Assembly (NCBI GenBank): GCA_000004985.1
Contig: GG738848.1
DNA: 64,000 nt
Source of the DNA: Naegleria gruberi
Taxonomy: Eukaryota
Direction: 5' to 3' (one strand)
Shown here piece after piece: positions 44,824 to 56,682 of the stretch; position 1 is the first letter of the stretch; every line of letters starts with the position of its first letter. The position numbers and the translations under genes are program-made. The notes beneath the pieces are model-generated. The model searched no databases. It was not told the DNA's origin and was given only the letters and a program-made list of their open reading frames with translations.

Positions 44824-47800
44824 TCAATCATGTTTTCTTTTATTGTTAAAGTTTGGCTCAAATAATTGCATTTGTTCGATTTTTTCTAAGATTGAACTAG
44901 CACTTAATCTTTGCTTTGGATTACAACAAATCATTTTCAAAAGTAAATATTGACAACTGGTGGCAAGATTAGTTCTATTTCCAATTATTGAATTGAAGAA
45001 AGCATTTTCATCCATTTGGTGTTTGATAAGCGTGTCCGATATCTGTTCCTTTCAATTTGAATAAAGAAGTATTGAAATCATTTGTTAATAATTGATAGAA
45101 TATACATCCTAAACTCCAAATATCACTCTGAGGATAAAACAATCCATCCAAAATACTTTCTGGAGATGAATATTGAATCGTCCCTTCGAATGCAGTCATT
45201 CCAACTCTTCCTTCATATCTTGAAGATCCCCAATCACCAACAACAATTGAAATAGTTTCAGATACGTTTCTGGTTTTCTTTACAAATATATTTCCCAGCT
45301 TCAAATCTCTATGGACCATTCCTTTTGAATGGAGAAACACTAATGCACTTGATATCTGTTTAGTTATTTGAAGGGCTGTTTCTAAGGTTAATTTCTTTGA
45401 ATTTTTATACAACCAACTTCTCAAATCTGATTCGTATAATGGCATTACTATACATATATTTTCCATCCTCAACAATTAACAATTGTATAAGCCAAAATTG
45501 GAACAATATGTGGATTTTCATATACATTCAACTCGCTCATAACAACAATTTCCTTTAGTTCAGTGCCATTATTATTTTCAAGCTCAATAATTTTGACAGC
45601 CACTGATTCCCTAGATTGAGATTCTGTATACCTGTAAACATTTCCATTTGATCCACTTCCCAACTTATTTTCTCTGATATATTCTTTATCCTTAATTTTG
45701 AATTGAGATAAAGAGTCTTTTATCACCATTCTTAGTGGAATTAAATCATCAGTATCATCATAATTGATGTTCAATCGGGTGGTAAGATCTTGCTTATATG
45801 TTTTTTCTTCTTTCTCCAATATCTCAAAGTCAAAAAACTAACTACACAACCTATTATAATGACTGAAATTAGAACAATGATGGAAACAATCACAATTGGA
45901 GTAACAATATCATTCCTTTGTACACAATCATCTCCTGAATATCCATCACTACAAGAACAAGTATTATTTGAAACACATTCTCCATTTTGGTTACAATTTG
46001 AAAGACTTTCACAACTAGGAGTCATACAATCTATTCCTTTCCAACCATCAAAACACTGACAGGTTGATAGAACACATGTACCGTGACCATTGCAAACATT
46101 TTCATTTGTGGAGACTATTCCTAGACATACAGTTTCTGAAATACTACACATTGGCCCCGTCCATCCATGTTGAACACTTACATTGGTCAAAATCAATACA
46201 TGAACCATGCTCTGAGCACACTTTCAATCCATCTCCTGCAATGCCAAAACAGTAAGGTATGTAACAGGTGTTGCCAGACCACCCCTCTTTGCATTGATAT
46301 TGATTTGGTCCAATACATTTTTGTGCACGAGATGAAGGAATATCACAGGATAATGCTGAACAATCCGTACTACCTTTCCATCCACTATGGCATTGACAAT
46401 TTCCAATATTTATACAATCACCACTGCAAACACTACTATCATTCGCTAAATACCCATAACAACGAGGAATGCTACAAACTTCACCAAACCATTCATCCAT
46501 GCATTGATATTGATTTGGACCTGAACATGTAGAATGATTAGGAATTGGACTATCACAAGAATATTTGGAGCAATCAATACTACCTTTCCAACCACTACTA
46601 CATTGACATGAATCTATTGTGCTACATTTTCCATGTCCGTCACAAACATCAGAATTTGTTGAGGGTATTCCATGGCAGGTTGAAAGAGTTCCAACCCAAC
46701 CTCCCAAACATTGAAATTGATTAGGACCAATACAGATGGATTCATGAGAAGAGGGAGTGTCACATGAAAATTGTGAACAGTCCTTATTACCTTTCCATCC
46801 TGAATTGCATTGGCATGTGTCCACATCAACACATTGACCATGTCCTCCACATACTGAAACATTTGTTGGCAATTTCGAAAAACAGGTTGCAATTTCACAC
46901 AAGTTTCCACCCTGTTTGACATTCATATTGGTTTGGTCCAATACATTTAGATGCATGGTTGGATGGTGAATCGCATGAAAATTGAGAACAATCCTTATTT
47001 CCCTTCCAACCTGAATTACATTGGCATGTGTCTACATCAATACATTTACCATGACCTCCACAAACAGTATTATCTAAGGAAGATAACCCAAAGCAAGTTG
47101 TTGTTCCAACTATTGTTGACATTCTAAATGTGTTGGAGATTCTTCTAATAACATTATTATCTGAAATATCTGGATAACTAACAATCTTGTTTGGATGAAC
47201 AGCGCAACCCTTTGGATGATCGAATTGAGCTGAACCAGCATCACCATTCACTTTAAGAATAAGAATAATACATTTAACATGTTGACATAAATGAAAACTT
47301 ATTCCCATCATAAAAACCTTCATAACCATTTCCTGCCCTAGTTATTACAGTGCTGTAGTCTCCTCTCATTTCTCTAATTTTGTTATTGTTTGTGTCAACA
47401 ATTATCAAGGCTTTTACCGAGTCAACACAAATTGCAGAAGGTTCATAAAAAGAGGCAGATAAAGCAGGACCTTCGTCATTTCCCATCTTTGGAACTTCCA
47501 GCCAAGGTTGTTAACATACCATTTGATAGATCTAATTTTAATATTCTTTCTCTAGTTGGAAAAATAATAGAATTTCCAAAATTTGTGATTTGGGATGGTC
47601 TATTAAGGAATACTGAGAGTGCGTCAATAGGTGTCGAAAAAGGATAATATGTGCCATAGTTTCCATAGACCACCTTTACCTGTAGTGTTTTCACATTTAC
47701 AGAGAGTATTGATGAAGAACTTGACAAATATAGTTGACGATCTAATATTGAAATAGAGTTAACATAATTTTGATCATTGTAAAAAGTAAAAATTTGATCA

Positions 47801-48615
47801 TTTGCAACTACTTTGACCACATTATTTCCTTTATCCAAAATATACAATCTGGAATTGGAATAGAAAGCTTGGGTTGGATTAAAAAGCTTTGCTTTCGTTG
47901 GAATAATTAATTCTCCCCCACTACCACAAACACCTTTGAAAATAATTATTATATTAAATTCTAATTGTTTAAATTAATAAAACATACTTCCTGCTAAAAT
48001 CTTCAATGTTCCATCATTTTGCAATAATTTGATTTGACAATTTCCAGTGTCAGAAATTACTAGATTTCCTTCTGGTGATAATGAGACCCCATTTGGAGAT
48101 GATAATCCACTTGAAACAACAATTATTGCTTTTCCATTTGATATCTTAATAATATTTGAATTTCCACTGTCAGCAATATAAATATCTAAAGTATTGGGAT
48201 CGGCAAACATCCCTTTTGCACTGTTGATCCTTGCTCCTGAAACTCTCAAACTATTAATTAATCCATTGGACATGTCCACCACTCTTATCCTACTAGATGT
48301 TTCTTGCTTCCACAATAGCCATTTCCTGCAACAACCTTAATATCATTACTATCCATTCTCTTCACAGTACAAAACTCTGTATCCGTAGTATAATATTACA
48401 AAATCACCATCAGGGACAGCATGTATTGCATTAGAAAATATAGGGAAATCTAGGTAGCGAGTATTACCTATACTTCCAGCCACTGGAGTATGTAAGGATA
48501 GTACAGATGTTGTCTCAATACATTTGGACAGATGAGCCAAACTCAATAGAAATATCAACACACTGATCACAGTAATGATATTCATCTTATTCCTTCTCAA
48601 TGCCATTGATAACAC
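44824..48615 (-). pseudogene. receptor-like kinase gene (signal peptide - NHL repeats - tenascin-type EGF repeats - TM - Ser/Thr kinase) carrying at least six frame disruptions; probable pseudogene (or error-rich sequence)
   Basis: Successive minus-strand ORFs at 48349..48615, 47974..48315, 47476..47847, 47274..47486, 46895..47329, 46144..46956, 45771..46208, 45469..45819, 45008..45475 and 44824..45015 encode a continuous architecture but in changing frames. Two shifts fall inside EGF repeats, where the repeat pattern CxCxxGWxGxxC predicts the expected reading (CKCST/GWTGPMC at about 46160 and CQTGW/GNLCEIATC at about 46925). One shift falls in an A6 run at about 45810 between the TM and the kinase. 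Two more lie within the kinase catalytic domain, at about 45470 and 45010. No GT-AG intron explains any of them. Confidence 0.5.
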
Positions 48616-49269
48616 CTCTGTTTGTTTTTTTAAAGGATGTCAAGTTGTTAAGCACACGATTAATTGATAACACACAGTAGTGATCAGAAAATTCATCGTT
48701 CTTTTACCTATTGCGATAGATTATTTCACAGTAGATCCTGTCTACTCCTGAAAAATTCTCCTTAATAGAATTGGATCAGAAATATACTTTCTATTGCATT
48801 GATTTGCAAGTAATTTCCCTCCAACTTTCTATTAAATTTAACAGCAGACAAAGTATGATACTATCTGTAAACAATTCAATTTAAACTGTTACATCATAGA
48901 AGCAATTTTGTTATCAATAACAACATATGGTGCTGTGTAATAATCTTTCCGTAATAATATTATTTTCATCAAACCTTGAATACCAACAAATTACATTCAA
49001 ATATTTTCATTAAAATTATACTCTTCTATTATTCATAATTTTGTTTTTAATATTATTGACACATGTTGTTGCTTCATTGAAGTTTTTGTTAATGTGGTGA
49101 GGAAGGAACTTTTTTGTATTGTTTTTCTTCTTGCTACATCATCGCAAGCCTTTGCCATGAAGCCACAACAGCAAGAAAAACAAACAAAAAAATTGTTTTA
49201 CGATTGCCCGTTCCTTTCGTTCTCTCCAGACCTTCTCTGATCGCAATAAATTTTTGAACGAAAACAACA

Positions 49270-51252
49270 ATGGCTTTCTCATCATCAATATATAATCGAA
49301 CACTGTTGGCAGTTGTTTTAGTAATCCTTTGTTCAGCCTCCGTATTTGCTTTAACAATTCAAAACGGATTAACTCAACAAGATAAGACAAATATTCAAAG
49401 CGTTTTAGAAAAGGATTTTAAAGGAATTAGTAACAAGAAGGACTTGTTCTACTCTGCATCAACTCTTTTAAAGATTTCTAATGGAGACATCATTCAATCT
49501 GCTCAAAACCAATGTGTGAAAACAATTTCTAATGTTGAAGGACCAGAAGCTTTGTACAACTTGATTGCATCAAATGCTGCTTTGAAGTGTTCTCCACTTG
49601 AATCATACACTGCTGTCCAAAGTGCTTTGGCCAAATACATTGATGAAAGCAGCGACAAGACTTCTGCTGAAAATATTTATTCGATCGCTAGAAGTATTTT
49701 GTTGACAAAGAGCAAGATTAACGTTGCTGATTTGAAGGTAAGTTATCAAGATTAATAAGTTATATATATTAATATTATTTCATCATTTGTTTAATATTAA
49801 TTTTAATATTATCATCTTTAGATTTCTAAACTCTACGAACTTGTTGTTAAACAACTCACATCATCAATTAAACAAGATTGTAACGATGCTTGTTTGAAGA
49901 GTGTTGGTTTCTTGATGGAAGCTGCTCAAATTTTGCAAAGTATTCAAAAGTCTGATGTTGCTTCTCTCAATAAGGCTATTTCTGCTCTCACTTCCGTTAC
50001 CAAGAAGGCTATTTCATCAAACAATGTTGAAACTGTTGCTATCTTTGCTAGAGGATTGAACAAACTTGCTACTATTGTTGATGTTAAGAGCAAGGTATCA
50101 AAGGAAGATTTTGTTGCTCTCATTAATTCCTTGGTCTCCAAGAAGGATTCATCAAAGACCTTGAGTGAAATTTATCATCTCATTGAAGGTGTTCAATCGT
50201 TCACCAAGCCAATTTATGAACCAATTGTTGTTGTTTCCGAATTGAAGGATGAAAAGGGAGCCATCTCTCTTCAAATTTCCAACATTTTGGGTGCTCCATT
50301 GAGTGAAAAGGTTACCTTGCAAAGTGTTTACAAGGGAAGTAATTCCGATGATTCCATTTTGCCAAAGGGTCCAGTTAAGCTTGATGCCAATGGAGTTGAA
50401 TATCAAATCAAGGGTGTTAAACTTGATTCTGGTATTTTCAATTTTGATATCACTGTCGGAAAGGAAGCTGTTACTCGTTCATTGAAGACTGCTGCTGCTG
50501 ATTTGAAGATTAGAGATTTCCAACTTGATGTCGGAAAGTTCTCTCGTTCAAATGTTGCTTATCCAAAGACATTGGAAGAAAAGTTGACTATTGATGTTGA
50601 TTCAAACAATAGAATTCGTGTCAATTTCGCTTTGGCCGGTGTTGCTCCACATCAAGTTTTCCTTAGAATTGGTAATTGTAAGAATGAAGCTATTTTCAAC
50701 ATTAAGCAACAACATCAACCAAATTATAATTTGGATCTTGGATTGGATAGAGTTGTTGGTCCAGCTTTGAAGTATGAATCTGGAGAATATAAGGTTCAAA
50801 TTTTCATTGGTGATGCCACTTTGAGCACTCCAATTCACTGGACTGTTGCTACCGTTGTTATTAACTTCTCCAAGCAAATTGAAAAGACTGAAGAAGAATT
50901 GTTGTATCAACCAAGAGAATTGATCACACACATTTTCAGAGCTCCTGAAAAGAGAGCTGGTTCTGAAATTGCCTCATTGTTCTCTCTTGTTGTTTTTGCT
51001 CCATTGGCTATCTTCTTGATTGGTCTTATCACTGTTAGATTTAACTTTGGAGGATGCCCATCTGGTTTGGCTGGTTTGTTGGCTCCAGTTTTTGTTGGAC
51101 TTTTGGGTGTTTTGGTTGGAATTTTGGCAATGTACTTTATCTCGTGGGATATCTTTGTTACTATGAAATATTTAGGTTTGGCTGGTATTGCCATTACTTT
51201 GGTTGGTGCTAAGGTTTTGAGTGGTGTTGCTGAAAAGAGAGCTCAAAACTAA
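49270..51252 (+). CDS. RPN2: ribophorin II (OST subunit RPN2/Swp1), 2 exons, 633 aa
   Basis: Exons are 49270..49737 and 49822..51252, with an 84-nt intron GTAAGT...CTTTAG that is phase 0. There is an N-terminal signal peptide. The C-terminal block ELITHIFRAPEKRAGSEIASLFSLVVFAPLAIFL...FVTMKYLGLAGIAITLVGAKVLSG aligns with the three-TM C-terminus of ribophorin II. Confidence 0.75.
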
Positions 51253-51316
51253 ATAGTACACAGTATTAGTATTTTAATAATATTATGAAAAATCAATAAT
51301 TTTATAAAATTAAAAA

Positions 51317-54300
51317 ATGTCAATAAGTGTGTGGATCAGTTTACTTGTACTCTTATTGTCTGGTGGTATCTTGTTCTATAATGAACATTTTAACAAGAAT
51401 CACTCTGATAAGATCAATATACTCTCCTATTTGAATCAGCCAAATTCCGAATGGCAATTGTTAAAATCATCAAACATTTCAACACCTTCATCAATTATTT
51501 ATCATCTCCAACATAAAAAAACAAAATTGGAATGGTTCCACATGGATAATCAGAATGATCAAAATAATTTCTTTAGTATTTCTTTTAAAACACCTCCTAA
51601 AGATGATACAGGTTTAACTCACATTTTAGAACATTTAGTATTGTGTGGATCAAAGAAGTTTCCAGTGAGAGATGCCTTCTTTTCAATGTTAAAGAGATCA
51701 ATGTCAACTTATATGAATGCTTGGACAGCTGCTGACATTACATCCTATCCATTCGGAACTTTAAACGAAAAGGATTATTATAATTTAATGCAAATTTATT
51801 TGGATGCTGTTTTTAATCCATTATTGAGAGAATTGGATTTTTCACAGGAAGGGCACAGATATGAATTTGAAGAGGAAAATATTCAGTCCAATTTAACATT
51901 TAAAGGAGTTGTTTACAATGAAATGCAAGGAGTTGTTGGAGATGCCAATAATTTCTTTTCATTTGAGATGAATAGACTCTTATTTGAGAAATTCAAGGCA
52001 TTGAATAATAGTTTTGAATTTCTCCATGGCTATTCTGTAAATTATGGAGGAGAGCCAAGAAATATCATTGATTTAAAATATGAAGAATTGGTGGCTTATC
52101 ACAAGAAATATTATGCGCCAAATAATGCTCTAGTTTTCACATATGGAAATCTTCCTCTCACTAATCACTTGGACTTCTTCAAGAATGAAAAGATTTTGGA
52201 TCAATTTGGAGAGATGGAATATGTAAAGAGTGTTCAGGAAGAGCTTAAACAAGTCAAGGATTTCCAAGTGCAGCCATACACTACTGAAATTATTTATACT
52301 GAAGGTCCAGAGGAAAGTATAGTTCACAACCCAGAAAAACAATTGAAGTATTCAATGACATTTTTTATGAATAGACCAATTGATGGATATTTTGAAACAT
52401 TTTGTTTGCAAATTATTGATCTTTTACTGTTAGATAATCCAAGAGGTCCACTTTATCAAACCATCATTGAATCCAAGTTGGCTCCTAGATTTATTTCCAT
52501 CACTGGTTATGAAAAGACTGATCTTTTAAGGAAACAAACAGCATTCATAATTGGAGTAACAGATGTAGGAGAATCTGATATTCCACTCATTGAAAATGCA
52601 ATTAATCAAACTCTTGAAAAGGTAATGACTGAGGGCTTCAGTGAAGATTACTTGAATTCTATTTTGAATGTTATGGAACTGAATAATAGAAGAGTTTCTG
52701 TTAGTTATGCAACTGAATTGATGATGTTCATTCCGCCAATTTGGTGCAATGGTGATAGTTACAAGATGGAAGAGGCCCTCAATGTTGAACAGGTTAGTAT
52801 TTTGTTGAATTGAGATGATTTAATAGTTTTGTTTAGAATATTAAATTATTGAGAACTCAAGTTAGAGAAAATCCAAACTTTTTCCAAAATTTGATGAGAA
52901 AATACTTTAGAAAAGATAACTCATTTAGTGTTGTTATGAGACCTAATAAGATGCATTTGGATAAATTTAAAGAATTTGAGAGAGAAAAACTCAAATCAAT
53001 TGAACGATCCATGAGTGAACAGGAAAGGACTAACACACTCTCACAAGCTATCACACTCAAAAATCATCAAAGTGCTGAAAAGCTGAAGGATGTTGATTCC
53101 ATTTTGCCTTCACTAAATATTAATGACATTAGACCAAAGATTCTCTACTCAATTGATCCACATGTTAAAGAATTCACTATTCATGGTAGAAAAGTATCCC
53201 TTTTCATTCAACATACAAATGGCCTTGTCCACTTCAGTTTGGATTTTGATTTGTGGGATGGAGAACATATCAGTATCAGTGATGATAGCTCAATTGACCT
53301 TTTACCATTTTTCACATATAGTATAACCAAGATGGGTACAAAATATTTGGATAAGAAGGAATTGTCTGAAAAGATTGGATTATATACTGGCGGAATTTCA
53401 TCAAGCGTTTACATGACACCAAGATATAATACAGCTAATCATGTCAATAACTTAGGAAGATTTGGATTGGAATTTGACTCTGAGAGTACTTTGGAAAATT
53501 TCCCAACTCTTTTGAACTTGATAGATGATATTATCAATAGTCCAAGATTTGTTGATGTTGAATATTTGGAAAGATTATTTGAAGAATACTCAACTTCAAT
53601 TAGTGAATCTTTGACTCAAAATGGAAATGAATTCTCTCAATCCTACTCTTCTTCATTCTTGAGTGATTACTCTAAATTGAGTGAAAGAATAAGTGGTATT
53701 TCTCATTTCCTATTTATCAAAGATTACAAAGAAAAGCATGCCAATAATTTGCCTGAAGTTTTACTTGAAGATATGAAAAAGATTTTACGTCACGTATTCA
53801 AGAATGTCTCCGTTGCCATTACAACAGAACCTGAAAATATTGAGAGTGTCAAAACAAATCTCATTCCATTCCTTCAACAGTTTGAATTTACAGATATTGG
53901 AAAGAAGCATTCATTCAAAACGACGACACAAGAAAAGGAGGAAAAGAGCAAGACATTTATTGGATTGAATTTCCCTGTCAATTATGCATCTATTAGCATG
54001 TTTGTTAACACCACATATTATGAAAAGGATGCAGCATCTCTCTCAGTTTTTTCCACATTTTTATTCCCAATACTCCATAAAGAAATCAGAGAAAAGGGAG
54101 GAGCTTATGGACAAAACTCTAGAGTGAGTGTAGGAGATCAGACATTTTCATTCTTTACGTACAGAGATCCACAAACCTATAATTCAATTCAAGTATTTAG
54201 AAAGGTCATTTCCAACATTTGTGAAGGCAATGAAACAGAAATTACCGAAAAGGAATTATTTGAATCTAAATTGTCCATGTTCAAGAGATTAGATAAGCCA

Positions 54301-54537
54301 ATTGAACCTCACTCTTTATTTACAACAAGATATTTATATGATATTTCAGATGAAATGAGACAGAATTATAGAACAAATCTTATTAATGTTTCTGTGCATG
54401 ATTTGTACTCTGTATGCAAAAAGTACTTGTTGAATCCAGACTTGTATCATGTTACCATTGTTGGAAATGAGCAAAAAATTGATACTGACTTGACGGATAG
54501 AAATGAGTGGGAAATTATCAAGATTAGTTCAAAATAA
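51317..54537 (+). CDS. PITRM1: presequence protease PreP/Cym1 (M16C metallopeptidase), 2 exons, about 1058 aa
   Basis: Exons are 51317..52792 and 52837..54537, with a 44-nt intron GTTAGT...GTTTAG that is phase 0. The inverted zinc motif is GLTHILEHLVLCGSKKFPVRDAFFSMLKRSMSTYMNAWTAADITSYPF. The protein length and C-terminal M16C domain are consistent with PreP. Confidence 0.85.
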
Positions 54538-54696
54538 ACATTACCAAGTGAAAACACAATATTTTGATAATACCTCACATGTATTGACACAAGAGATCAG
54601 ATTCAAGCCAAAGAAAATGAAGTTCTCATTCTCGAAGTTGAGTTTGTATCTTTACAAATTTTACACTGTAGATTTCTGTATGAATGAGATAAGAGA

Positions 54697-55575
54697 TTAA
54701 CAACAGTAATACTCCTTCAGATTAACTAGTTCTGATCTTAGAATTAAGGAGTCTGCTGATGATATTTTGTTCATTCTAATATCAAGTCGAATTAAGTTTC
54801 TCATATTTTCATAAATTAATTTGGTTCCTTTTCCATTTAGTTTGTTTGCAGCCAAATTCAAACGTAATAGAGTTGCTGAATTAAAGAGATGTTGTGAGTT
54901 AGTATCTATTGAGGATTTTTGAGAATTTTGCACTAAATATTCTAAACCCTTCTCAGTAATTCGATTACTTCCCAAGTTGAGTAATGTTAAATTTGAAAAA
55001 TTGTAACTTTCCGAGATAGATTTCAAGCAAGAATCGTCTACTTGATTTCCTGATACATTCAGTTTCATTAATTTTTTAATTATTTCCCCTTCACTCAAGT
55101 AACGAACCCCCTCAAGTCCAATACCATTTTTGTAAACCTCCAAATGTGTTAAATTTGCTAAATGTTCACATTCTGTAATATATTTCATTCCTTCGTTTCC
55201 TATTTTGTTATCTCCCAAATTCAATGTTGTTAAATTCTTTAAAAACACATAATTAGACTCAATTAATTCCTTCAATCCACTCAAATAAATTCTTTTCACA
55301 TTAAAATACATAGAGACAGGAACCTGACATGCTTTCTCATACCAATCCTTGCTCACCAGAGTACAAGTTTGTATCAAGAAGCTCGACTCTATAAATTGCA
55401 TCATGTAAAATACTGTACCACTTGAAAAGAGTGAATAATCAACAATACAATTCCGATGTTGTTCAATCTCTTCACAATTTATCTTTCTCTTTTTTCCATC
55501 CATTAAATATTCATCATTATCATAATCAGGTATTTCAGCTGTTGTTGGTTGGCTTCGTTTTCCATTATTGAACAT
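54697..55575 (-). CDS. F-box / leucine-rich-repeat protein, 292 aa
   Basis: An F-box-like segment (HRNCIVDYSLFSSGTVFYMMQFIESSFLIQTCTLVSKDWYE) is followed by RI-type LRRs, such as LTTLNLGDNKIGNEGMKYI, LTHLEVYKNGIGLEGVRYL and LTLLNLGSNRITEKGLEYL. Confidence 0.65.
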   Translation of the reverse strand: MFNNGKRSQPTTAEIPDYDNDEYLMDGKKRKINCEEIEQHRNCIVDYSLFSSGTVFYMMQFIESSFLIQTCTLVSKDWYEKACQVPVSMYFNVKRIYLSGLKELIESNYVFLKNLTTLNLGDNKIGNEGMKYITECEHLANLTHLEVYKNGIGLEGVRYLSEGEIIKKLMKLNVSGNQVDDSCLKSISESYNFSNLTLLNLGSNRITEKGLEYLVQNSQKSSIDTNSQHLFNSATLLRLNLAANKLNGKGTKLIYENMRNLIRLDIRMNKISSADSLILRSELVNLKEYYCC

Positions 55576-55602
55576 TTTTTAATAATTGGATTTTAAATTA
55601 AT

Positions 55603-56541
55603 TTATAAAAAGCAACCTAACCAAGAACCCTTATAGAAACCTTTCAATCCCTCTTGTTGATACATTTTCTTTACACAATCTGGGTAGCTGGAATAGGTTC
55701 TTCCTTGATCACCAATGTACCTGCTTAATGAGAGAGTGAATGGTGAAGTTGTGGCATCGAAAATGACACTCGTCGAAAGTTCCTCAATTGTTTCTAAAGA
55801 ATCAACTGTTTCATCATCCAAGAAATAATAATCATTTCCAATAACTGATTCAATTACGGAACGAATAGCAACAGATAAACCAAATTTGTAAACTTGTGTA
55901 CCAGCTTGTTGCAACATTGCCCAACCATAGCCACGATAGAGACCTTTAACTCCATTTTCAGAGTAAATTTGAACAGCAGTTTCAACAAATCCTCTTTGTT
56001 TCTTCATATCATCAAATCTCTTATGTCTGGCGAGAGAGGCAACTATTATAGGATGAGTCACAGCACTTGACAGCATATTATCAACAATTGATGAACCAAG
56101 CCTAATAGCCAAACTATTGCTAGAAGTCAAGGGCTGGAAAATGTGTTCTCTAACAGTTAATCCATAGATAAAACTTGCTCCAATTTGAAATACTGAAGGT
56201 AACCATTCCTTCTTTCCCAATAATCCAAGAATTCCTTCTTCGGAATAAACTTTAGATAATAAATCAAAAATTCCTCCATTATAAAAAGGCTTTCCAGTAC
56301 CATTATTTGAATATTCTTCATGAACATAATCCATAACCATTCTCTTCTCCGAAATTAAAAACAACATGGCGTAATAGGAGAAAGCAGAACCATTAAGAGC
56401 AAGCTTTGTATAATTGGAAGTCAAGAATGGAATGGATTGTAAACTTTCCATTGAATGATCGCGTTCCAAGCCTCCATCAAGGGTAATTTCATCAGGGTCA
56501 ACAAGAGCAAGACTTTTGTTCATTTTTTTTAAAATTAACAA
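55603..56541 (-). CDS. divergent mitochondrial-carrier-like (SLC25-like) membrane protein, 312 aa
   Basis: There are three repeats with carrier-type G-x-x-G-[LF]-Y-[RK]-G signatures (GILGLLGK, GVKGLYRGYGWAML, GLKGFYKGSWLGC). The PX[DE]XX[KR] motifs are poorly conserved, so the assignment is tentative. Confidence 0.5.
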   Translation of the reverse strand: MLILKKMNKSLALVDPDEITLDGGLERDHSMESLQSIPFLTSNYTKLALNGSAFSYYAMLFLISEKRMVMDYVHEEYSNNGTGKPFYNGGIFDLLSKVYSEEGILGLLGKKEWLPSVFQIGASFIYGLTVREHIFQPLTSSNSLAIRLGSSIVDNMLSSAVTHPIIVASLARHKRFDDMKKQRGFVETAVQIYSENGVKGLYRGYGWAMLQQAGTQVYKFGLSVAIRSVIESVIGNDYYFLDDETVDSLETIEELSTSVIFDATTSPFTLSLSRYIGDQGRTYSSYPDCVKKMYQQEGLKGFYKGSWLGCFL

Positions 56542-56682
56542 TCAAAATTTTCGAAATTGATGAGATTTAGGAAATTTTCGTTGCAAAATTTGAAACTTTT
56601 AACTCAAATCAATTTGATACGAAAATGGTCAACCTCATTCATTCTACTACAACAATGAATAAATATTTAAACTCAAGTTCAC

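Noticed and set aside
45440-45480. Tiny introns to repair the kinase-domain frame changes of the receptor-kinase locus
   Set aside because: There is no GT...AG pair at 45010, 45470 or 45810. The shortest possible intron at 45470 would be 13 nt. Introns of 39-48 nt in this window do exist, but none fits here.
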